DNA of 64,000 nucleotides from assembly GCA_951406725.2 (NCBI GenBank), contig OX597829.1:44206001-44270000 (forward strand). Direction: 5' to 3'. Source of the stretch: Octopus vulgaris. Its lineage: Eukaryota. The notes under the pieces were generated by a model. The model was given only the letters and a program-made list of their open reading frames with translations. It searched no databases and had not been told where the DNA came from. Numbering within the stretch: the first letter of the stretch is position 1; each line of letters opens with the position of its first letter. The position numbers and the translations under genes are program-made. This document shows positions 13,306 to 23,740 of this stretch, in pieces.

Positions 13306-13376
<71 letters not shown>

Positions 13377-13377
13377 T

Positions 13378-13711
13378 GGGAGACCTCTTCGGTCATGAAT
13401 GGCCATGGGATTGCACCTAGAAAATTACCCTCCGAGGTACAAGTCCGGGCAAGATTGTTTATGAAAGACCAGCAGTCGCCCATGTATACCAGCCTCCCCT
13501 CTTCACACCACTGATGTTATCGAAGGGAAAGGCAATGGGGCCAATACAGCTTGGCACCATTGATGTCGCAACTCATTTCTACAGCTGAGTGAACTGGAGC
13601 AACGTGAAATAAAGTGTCTTGCTCAAGAACATAATACGCAGCCCGGTCCGGGAATCGAACTCACAATTTCACGATCGTAAGCTCGACGCTCTTACCACTG
13701 AGCCATGCGCC
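13378..13711 (-). mobile_element. tRNA-derived SINE D (CORE-like centre, own tail)
   Basis: Minus strand reads ggcgcatggctcagtggtaagagcgtcg...gagttcgattccc...ttcttgagcaagacactt...cactcagctgtagaaatgag. Confidence 0.8.
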
Positions 13712-14734
13712 TTAACGTGTGTGTATGTGTGTGTGTGTATAAACACATATATGTATATATGTATGTGACTCTGTATGTACGTATGTATGCGTGTATACAT
13801 ATATGGGTATATATATATATATACATGTGTACGTGTGTATGTAAGTGACACCCATTGTGATTCCATGGATGCTGCGAAAGTACTGACTGGTTTTAGTTTT
13901 GATGCGAGTCTATGAGTGGAGAGATAGTAGGTGTACTCGAGGCAAGATAATTGTTTCTGGAAAAATCCCAGGCACAACAGAATTGGTTAAGGTACTGGAC
14001 AACCGTCACTTTGATAATAAGAATGTTAGAATTTCGTTGAAGTTTACCTTAAAAGAACAGCAGAAAAAGGTTATTGCAGAACTCACTTTCGCAAAGAGAC
14101 TAGTTACATATAACTATAACTCTGTATATATATACATACATATGTAACTAACCAACTAACCTGGAACATTACAAATACAATCCGTAAGTCGAACAGTGAA
14201 AATATGCAAGAATTTTCTCAAGTTTAAGTTTAAAATGTGACATCGTTTTCGTTATCAACATTCCAACAATGGAGCTTTGTATCTTCGTTAGAAACCAGCA
14301 CTTTCTCCAGATGAAGAATTTAAATGATTAAAAACAGAAATTAAAAAAAAAAAACATACATAGCCCATAGCTGAGATTCTGACAGGTGTGGTTGATCCGG
14401 GTCAGAGTAGACTCATGAAGAGTAATGATCAAGAGGGAAGTCCACACTCCTCAAAATACTGGAACCACCGAACCGGAGCTCACTACCAGATACAGTTTCA
14501 ATAAATGAGCTACATATTACAAAAAAAAAAAGTATTTCATGCGAAACTAGTAACCTTTTCTACTCTAGGCACAAGGCCCGAAACTGCGAAGCTAATAACG
14601 TTGTCCACATTGTAATAATCAGCTCTCTGCTCCTAATGCTTGGCAGATTTGTAGCAAGAGAGAATTGAATGTTGTTGCTCCTTTACAGTGATGAAATTCG
14701 ATGGATTGGCAGTTATTGAAAACTTTCGAAAATA

Positions 14735-14946
14735 TTGGGTTGTTCGGAAAGTTCGTGCCGATTTATAGTAGCTTACCTTTCGACATATTTTAGAACATGT
14801 TTGAGTCCATAAAATAGGATTTGACTACATCTCCATTTAGAGCACAGTTATTCAGGTCTCTGCAGAATAGTCTTAATGGTAAATATTTCCGTTTATTGGC
14901 TATTTTCTTTCCTTTAAAAATCGGCACGAACTTTCCGGCAACCCAA
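14735..14946. mobile_element. mariner-derived MITE
   Basis: TA TSD; TIRs ttgggttgttcggaaagttcgtgccgattt / aaatcggcacgaactttccggcaacccaa; internal LFRSLQNSLNGKYF matches the mariner transposase segment following the DYHLF motif. Confidence 0.9.
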
Positions 14947-15019
14947 TATATCACGTGTAGCTACGGTCTTATTAATATGCAGAACTAAAATCATATATAA
15001 ATATAACATCCATAGATTA

Positions 15020-15705
<686 letters not shown>

Positions 15706-15758
15706 CCCATCAGTATAATGGTATATGTGCAATAATGTGTACTTATAATGTATATATA

Positions 15759-15946
15759 TTGGGTTGCTGCTTAATTATTGCGGCTTTTTCTTTTTTGCAA
15801 CAAATTTTATTCAATAAAAACAATAACAATATTTAACAAAAACATCTTTAAATGAAGGTCTGACCGTCTTCTAAGCAAATAGAAAGCTGTAATTGAAGTA
15901 GATGGTAAATATGCTCCGGAATAATCATTTAAAGATGTTTTTGTTA
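15759..15946. mobile_element. Truncated mariner-type palindromic MITE
   Basis: ta+ttgggttgctgcttaattattgcgg TIR; internal inverted arms taacaaaaacatctttaaatga / tcatttaaagatgtttttgtta flank DRLLSK*KAVIEVDGKYAPE*, resembling a mariner transposase C-terminus. Confidence 0.7.
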
Positions 15947-16200
15947 CATGCCTCAATTTTTGTCAAATAAATTAATTAAGAAACAGAATTAATTAATTTT
16001 ATAACAGTTTCTATTAAAAATTACGTTTAGTGTTTTTAAGATCTCCCAACAAACAACGGACGAATAAATTACTGGACAAGTACAGTTCTTAGAAACTCTT
16101 TTATTAATTCAGTGGCAAAAGTGTGGATCGGATTTCAAGTCCTACTAAGGATTATCTTAGGATTTTATACCTGTGATTTAAAGCAACATATTTGAATATA

Positions 16201-16490
16201 CAGGCGTGGGTGTGTGACAAAAATCTTGCTTCTCAGTCTCACTGTGTGGCACCTTGGTCAAATGTCTTCTGCTATAGCCTCTGGCCAACCAAGGCGTTGT
16301 GAATGTATTTGGTTGGCGGAAACTGAAAGAAGCCCGTCGTATATATATATATATATATATGTATGTAAAGGAGTACAAAGAATGGAACAAGAGCGCAAAA
16401 CTTCCAGACAGCTAGATAATACAAAAAGGGACAAGAAAAAACAATGTATTCCTTATTATATACATATAACGGCGTACGTACACTTTGGTT

Positions 16491-16532
<42 letters not shown>

Positions 16533-17340
16533 GTGTGTGTGTCTGTGTTTGTCCCCCACTCCGGTATGACAACCAGTGCTGGTGTGATACTTGTTCTATT
16601 AGCGTCTTTTGCTGAACCGCTAAATTACGGGGCGTAAAAACACCAGCACTGGTTGTCATACCGGAGTGGGGGACAAACACAGACAAAAATTCTTCAAAGC
16701 GATGCCCCAACATGGCCGCAGTCTAATGACTGAAAGAAATAAAAAAGTCCGTTCCCTTGTTTTTATGTTTTCGTTTCTCGTTGAGTTCTACGTCTATTTG
16801 TGGTGTCCTGTACTCACATATATATATATTTATATATGCATGTATATATACATGTAGATGTAGGTACGTACATATATGTATGTACGTATGCATGTATTTT
16901 ATTTATTACACTATTGTATGACTGAGCGCCCTCGCGTCGTTTCGTTTCGTTTCGTTTCTTTCCTTTCTCCCAGTATGCTTATATATATATATATATAAAT
17001 ATATATATATGTGAGTACAGGACACCACAAATAGACGTAGAACTCAACGAGAAACGAAAACATAAAAACAAGGGAACGGACTTTTTTTTAACAACGAAAA
17101 AACAGAACACAGGATAAACGCGCGTGTGTGTGTGTGTCTGTGTTTGTCCCCCACTCCGGTATGACAACCAGTGCTGGTGTTTTTACGCCCCGTAATTTAG
17201 CGGTTCAGCAAAAGACGCTAATAGAACAAGTATCAGGCTTTAAAAGAAAGAAAGAAAGTTTTGGGGTCGAAACATCCGACTAAAAATTCTTCAAGGCGAT
17301 GCCCCAGATTGGCCGCAGTATAATGACTGAAATAAATAAA
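16201..17340 (+). mobile_element. SINE C with internal insertions and a complex duplication/inversion
   Basis: Head 16201-16340, intact tail 17119-17340, rearranged tail copies 16527-16746. Confidence 0.8.
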
Positions 17341-17463
17341 AAAAAAAAAATTTTAAAACGGCTGTATGAGATAACACTTTCCAACAAATTTGGGACCCTA
17401 GCCAAAAGATGATGAAAAAACAAATACGAGGTGAAGGTAGAGTAGAAGTTTAATATATTTAGA

Positions 17464-18447
17464 GGCTTAGCGGGATTTCGTCTGTCTTTACCTTCTGAGT
17501 TCAAATTCCGCCGAGGTCGATTCTGCATTTCATCCTTTCGAGGTCGATAAATTAAATACCAGTTGCGTACTGCGGTCGACCTAATCAACTGGCCCCCTCC
17601 CCCCAAATTTCAGGCCTTGTGCCTAGAGTAGAAATGAATATTTGTATCTGAAGGCGGCGAGCTGTCAGAAACGTTAGCACGTCGGGCGGAATGCTTAGTG
17701 GTATTTCGTCTGCTGCTACGTTCTGAGTTCAAATTCCGCCGAGGTTGACTTTGCCTTTCATCCTTTCGGGGTCGATTAAATAAGTACCAGTTACGTACTA
17801 GGGTCGATGTAATCGACTTAATACCTATGTCTGTCCTTGTCTGTCCCCTCTATGTTTAGCCCCTTGTGGGTAAGTAGAAGTTTAATATATTTAGAGGCTT
17901 AGCGGGATTTCGTCTGTCTTTACCTTCTGAGTTCAAATTCCGCCGAGGTCGATTCTGCATTTCATCCTTTCGGGGTCGATAAATTAAGTACCAGCTACGC
18001 ACTGGGGTCGATGTAATCGACTTAATCCGTTTGACCGTCCTTGTTCGTCCCTTCTGTGTTTAGCCCCTTGTGGGTAGTAAAGAAATAGATATTTCGTCTG
18101 CCGCCGAAGTCGACTTTGCCTTTCATCCTCTTGTGGTCGATTAAGTAAGTATCAGTTACGCACTGGGGTCGATATAATCGACTTAATCCGTTTGTCTGTC
18201 CTTGTTTCTCCCCTCTGTGTGTAGCCCCTTGTGGGCAGTAAAGAAATAAGAAATGTTAGCACGCCGGGCGAAATGCTTAGCGGTGTTTCGTCTGTCTTTA
18301 TGTTCTGAGTTCAAATTTCGCCGAGGTCGACTTTGCCTTTCATCCTTTCGGGGTCGATAAATTGAGTACCAGTTGCGTACTGGGGTCGATCTAATCGACT
18401 GGCCCTCTCCCCCAAAATTTCGAGCCTTGGGCCTAGAGTAGAAAAGT
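17464..18447 (+). mobile_element. Tandem cluster of five SINE B units (tails B2, B1, B1, B1, B2)
   Basis: Repeated gaggtcgactttgcctttcatcctttcggggtcgataaattaagtaccag core, resembling the MetaSINE central domain; B box gagttcaaattcc. Confidence 0.9.
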
Positions 18448-18766
18448 ATGTATTTGCATGCGTGCTGTAATGATCTGAGTTTGTGCAAGTCTTATTTTGC
18501 CTTTTAACCAAGGAAGATCCAGGTCAGTAAAACACATTATTCCAAATTTGTTTCGTTTTGCTAGTATTGGTAAAAAAAAACTATTTTCTTTGTAGAAGCA
18601 AGAATACTTTGAGTTTTTCGTTTTCAAATTTCCGATTTCCAAATTAGAATATATAATTCTAAAGCGTTTTCCAAATTTAAGTGTATGGTTGCTGTATGGG
18701 CCCGTACAATGTTTTTCAGGGATACGAAATGAGCATCCGATACCTAACATACTTAAGTCAACAACA

Positions 18767-19220
18767 AATACTTACTTTAATGGCCCATGATACCACAAAT
18801 CTTGACATAAAATGACTTAACTGATCTTATAAAAGTTGTCCTATTAAGTTAGACATGGCCTTGGTCAATCTTTGGTCGAACCATATCTAAGTTATCGGCG
18901 AAAGTAAAGAAAACGCTCTCCCGGTGTTTAGGGTTAGGGTTAAGGTTTAGGGCTAGGGTTTGGGCTTAGTCTTCGTCTTTTGTTTTTTTCGTAAACTACT
19001 TACTTTAATGGGCCATAATACCACAAATCTTGACATAAAATGACTTAACTGATCTTATAAAAGTTGTCCTATTAAGTTAGACATGGCATTGGTCAATCTT
19101 TGGTCGAACCATATCTAAGTTACCGGTGAAAGTAAAGAAAACGCTCTCCCGGTGTTTAGGGTTAGGGTTAAGGTTTAGGGCTAGGGTTTGAGCTTAGTGT
19201 TAGGATTAGGGTTAGGGTTT
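18767..19220. repeat. ~230-bp tandem duplication ending in degenerate TTAGGG repeats
   Basis: 18767-18970 is repeated at 18997-19198; each copy ends in tttagggttagggttaaggtttagggctagggttt. Confidence 0.9.
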
Positions 19221-19999
19221 TTGTTACGCCGAAAACGGGTGGTGTACGTATTCGTTACCTCCGCTAAGGTATCTAACATTTTAAGCATAATTCGAACTAA
19301 ATACATTTAGCTATTGGCTTCAATAATTAAATTCATTTATTGAATTCAATTATTATTTTTTGCAGTTTTGGCATTTCGTCCATCTTTACGTTCAAATACC
19401 GCCAAGGTCGATCGACTTTGCCTTTCATTCTTTTGGCGTCGATCAAGAAACTATCAGTTGAACATCGATGCTATAGACTAGCTTTCTACCCCTAAATTGC
19501 TGGCCTTTTGCCAAAATTTGAAAACCATTACAATTTGTTGCTTTTTCTTTTGTGGTTAAATTCTTGAAAACTGTAGATTCTCGTTCTTTTCAAGGCCCAA
19601 TTCCTATCTATAACAATATAACGATATAAATTTTTCAATCGGAAACTTGGAGTCGTATTTTATAAAACCAAAAGAAAAAGCAAAGGAACCAAATTTGGCA
19701 CAAAACGCTAACTACCCACAGTCTGCTTACTTTATCTTATTATTGTTTTTTTTTTGGGAGGGGGGTGTATTTTAATCTAAATCCTGTTGGTTTCAAATTC
19801 CAAGGAAAAATCAATAAAAAATACAAGACACTGGAGTTATATTAAGTTTCCTTTCTGTTACCCTAAAAAATATCTTGTGACTTAGAAATCATTATTTTAA
19901 TTATTAACGGACATTTGGCACAGTGAAGGAAAAAAAAGGCTTTTCTTAACCCTATTACAACAGAGAACGAGGGAGAGGGGGGGAGTTGGGGGTGAGAGG

Positions 20000-20084
<85 letters not shown>

Positions 20085-20202
20085 TGAAAGGGACCGAGGT
20101 AGAGAAAGGGGTACGTTCTAAAGAACACTTTTAAGGGTATTTTAGTTTGCTACGATAACTGTGTGTGTGCGTGTATATATATATATATATATATATGTAT
20201 GC

Positions 20203-20254
<52 letters not shown>

Positions 20255-20539
20255 ATGTGTGTTTCTACAAACCTAGCCTTCTATAACCACCACTCAATTA
20301 TCTTGCTCATTTCACGCTGCTCCTCGAATGAAACAGTCTTAATTGATACTCTTAGCTAAATCGCAATTCTTTACTTCTCACGTATCTTATGTCGGTACCT
20401 TACCATCTTCGTAATTTTAAATTCTTCCTTTTCTTTCATTAATATCAGTCAATTTACATTAAAAAAAAAAACAGAGAGAAAGAGTAAATATTTCTAGAAA
20501 ACACGTTAAAGTATTTTCTTGAACCATATAGAAATATGT

Positions 20540-20829
20540 GGAGGCGCAGTGGCCCAGCGGTTAGGGCAGCGGACTCGCGGTCGGAGGATCGCGGTTTCGA
20601 TTCCCAGACCGGGCGTTGTGAGTGTTTATTGAGCGAAAACACCTGAAAAGCTCCACGAGGCTCCGGCAGAGGGTGGTGATCCCTGCTGTACTCTTTCACC
20701 ACTCTTTCCCCCACTCTTTCTTCTGTTGGCCTGCTCGCTTAGCCAGCGGGGTGGCGTCATTCGAAGGCTAAAACAATGCGAACGCATTGTGACCAGCGAT
20801 GTGTAACTACATCTGATGGACTGGTCGTA
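20540..20829 (+). mobile_element. SINE A, tail A2
   Basis: Same head and tail as 448-750. Confidence 0.9.
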
Positions 20830-21061
20830 AGGAGAAGGAGATATAGAAATATATGAATCGATCAAATTCTTGTAGTTTGTTGTTCATTTTTTTTCTTTTT
20901 TGACGAAGGAGTTGCTCCCTAATCACATGATCCCGGGTTCAGTCCTACAGGTAGTCAAATATCTTCTACTACAAAACCTGGGCCGACATAAAACCTGGTG
21001 AGTAGTTTTCTTTCACAGCGACTGTAAACAATTCCTCGTATATATATGTGTGTGTGTGTGT

Positions 21062-21315
21062 ATGTTTTTTTATCCTTTGGCCTCAGTTAATTGACTGAGG
21101 CCATGCTGGAGCACCGCCTTAAAGGGTTTTAGCCGAAAAAATCTATCTAAGGACTTATTCTTTTGTAAGCCTAGTACTTTTTCTATCGATCTCTTAAGCA
21201 GAACGGCTTATGTACGGGGATGTAAACACACCAGTAGTGGTTGACAAGCAATGGTGTGTGTATGGGGGTGGGGACAAACGCAGACACAATGAACCTGACA
21301 CACACACACATATAT

Positions 21316-21354
<39 letters not shown>

Positions 21355-21532
21355 GTATATACGATGGGCTTCTTTTAGTATCCTTCTACCAAATCAACTC
21401 ACAAGACTTTGATCGTCCCAACGTTGTAGTAGAAGACACTTATCCAAGAGATCACCTAGTGGGACTGAATCCGGAACCCGGAAACACGTGGTTGAGAATC
21501 AAGTACCTTACCATACAGACACGACTGCTCCT
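21062..21532 (-). mobile_element. SINE C (diverged)
   Basis: ggccatgctggagcaccgcc...gaagacacttatccaag; preceded by a decayed plus-strand C head at ~20905-21040. Confidence 0.75.
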
Positions 21533-21595
<63 letters not shown>

Positions 21596-21604
21596 AGATC
21601 GGTA

Positions 21605-21790
21605 GTCACTACACACATTTTTTCTCCCCTTGTTTCTCTTGTTGTTTTTTTTTTCTGTGTCCCTTTCTGTAGAAGAGCGTAGGCTCGAAACGTAAAATAC
21701 TTTTTCTGTTCCTGAGCGTTATACTAATACATCTGTTTGTTTTGTACACCACCTGTCTTCGTCTTTTGTTTTTTTCGTAAACTTTCCCTA
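21605..21790 (+). mobile_element. Short Penelope-type repeat with a variant hammerhead motif
   Basis: ttt-CTGTAGA-a-GAGC gtag GCTC-GAAA-CGTA-aaa at 21664-21697; related copies at 29085-29275 (-) and 45985-46170 (+); flanked by (TA)n. Confidence 0.6.
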
Positions 21791-22015
21791 TATATAAAAC
21801 CAAAACGCACATATGTATGTGTATGAGTGTGTTTGTTCTTCTCCACTGCTTGACAACCGCTCTTTTCACGTACCGGTACCCTAGCAGTCATTAGAGATCG
21901 ATAGAATAAGTAATATATTTTAAAAAGTCTCCTAAGGGTGGTATCCCAGCATGGCCGTAGTCCAATGTCTAAAGCAAATGAAAGACGAAAGATGTATTTT
22001 TCTCAGCCACTTACT

Positions 22016-22568
22016 GGCACTCCGTCGGTTACAACGACGAATATTCCAGTTGATCTGTTCGACGGAACAGCCAGCTGCTTATATTAACATGCAAATAACT
22101 GAGCACTCCACAGACACGTGTACCTATTTCTTTACTACCCACAAGGGGCTAAACACAGACAGGACAAACAAGGACAGACAAACGGATTAAGTCAATTACA
22201 TTGACCCCAGTGCGTAAATGGTACTTCATTTATCGACCCCGAAAGGATGAAAAGCAAAGTCGACCTCAGCGGAATTTGAACTCAGAACATAAAGACAGAT
22301 GAAATACCGCTAAGCATTTCGCCCGGCGTGCTAACATTTCTGCCAGCTCGCCGCCTAAACGTGTACCCTTAACGTATTTATCAGAGAGATTCAGCGTGAC
22401 ACAGAATGTAACAAGGCTGACCCACTGAAACGCAAGTCCAACTCATTTTTGACAGCTGAGTGGACTGGAGCAATTTGAAAGAAAATGTCTTTTCCAAGGA
22501 TACAACGAACTACCGGAAATTGAACTCCCGACCTTACTATTGTGAAACCTAACCACTAAGTCATGTGA
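22016..22568 (-). mobile_element. CORE-like (D-type) head with A1 tail, interrupted by SINE B
   Basis: A1 tail 22016-22124, remainder 22359-22568 with cagctgagtggactggagc; same architecture as 9851-10136. Confidence 0.75.
22125..22356 (-). mobile_element. SINE B1, full length
   Basis: TSD acgtgtacc at 22116-22124 and 22359-22367. Confidence 0.9.
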
Positions 22569-22691
22569 CGTTACGCAGTAACCTACACCTAAATTGGATG
22601 GGGATGTAAGTCAGTTGATCGAACCACTGAATATTGAACGTGGAAATCAATGAGAATGCATTTTCTCGCGTTACGTATATATATTTGTGCA

Positions 22692-23340
22692 GGAGGCGCA
22701 ATGGCCCAGTGGTTAGGGCAGCGGACTCGCGGTCATAGGATCGCGGTTTTGATTCCCAGACCGGGCGTTGTGAGTGTTTATTGAGCGAAAACACCTAAAG
22801 CTCCACGAGACTCCGGCAGGGGATGGTGGTGATCCCTGCTGTACTCTTCCTTTTCTTTCATTAATATCAGTCAATTTACATTAAAAGACAGAGAGAAAGA
22901 GTAAATATTTCTAGAAAACACGTTAAAGTATTTTTTTTGAACCATATAGAAATATGTGGAGGCGCAATGGCCCAGTGGTTAGGGCAGCGTACTCGCGGTC
23001 GGAGGATCGCGGTTTCGATTCTCAGACCGGGCGTTGTGAGTGTTTATTGAGCGAAAACACCTAAAGCTCCACGACGCTCCGGCAGGGGATGGTGGTGATC
23101 CCTGCTGTACTCTTTCACCACAACTTTCTCTCACTCTTACTTCCTGTTTCTGTTGTACCTGTATTTCAAAGGGCCGGCCTTGTCACTCTCTGTGTCACGC
23201 TGAATATCCCCGAGAACTACGTTAAGGGTACACGTGTCTGTGGAGTGCTCAGCCACTTACACGTTAATTTCACGAGCAGGCTGTTCCGTTGATTCGGATC
23301 AACCGGGACCCTCGTCGTCGTAACCGACGGAGTGCTTCCA
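22692..23340 (+). mobile_element. SINE A1 with an internal templated insertion (two heads)
   Basis: TSD atatatttgtgc at 22679-22690 and 23346-23357; 22845-22957 copies 20423-20539. Confidence 0.85.
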
Positions 23341-23740
23341 GAGAGATATATTTGTGCCTTTATTGGCTGCCTTCTCGATATCATCTTTCGTATCCTATTA
23401 TTTTTATATGATATACTATTAATTTATCCATAATATCACTTTAAGATTTTTCTCAGATATGTATTTGTATTAACTTATTCCAAATAGAGCATCCATAATA
23501 TCGAATGAGCACATTTAACAATGATGTGCGGAGAAAATATCAGTATTCTGGGTTTAAAAAACAACACTTTAGCTCATGACACTTCTCTGCTTACCCTTTA
23601 AAAATCGAAGCAGCTAATGCGCAGTAAAACTACGAAAGGGCGGCGCAGTAACATTACGAAAGGTTGTGGGTTACTTCAGAAGGTACGTAAGTACCAAATG
23701 AATAAAACTTGAAATAAAATTTTAGTAAAGATATAAATGT

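Noticed and set aside
13899-14147. 82-aa non-repetitive ORF (MRVYEWRDSRC...)
   Set aside because: No recognisable domain or convincing splice context; cannot be supported as an exon.
18928-19218. Interstitial telomere
   Set aside because: Only a few degenerate TTAGGG units, embedded in a duplicated repeat unit.
22958-23035. tRNA-like sequences at SINE heads (A, C, D and 54316-54388)
   Set aside because: A and B boxes are present, but acceptor and T stems do not close properly and each runs into a SINE body; they are not tRNA genes.
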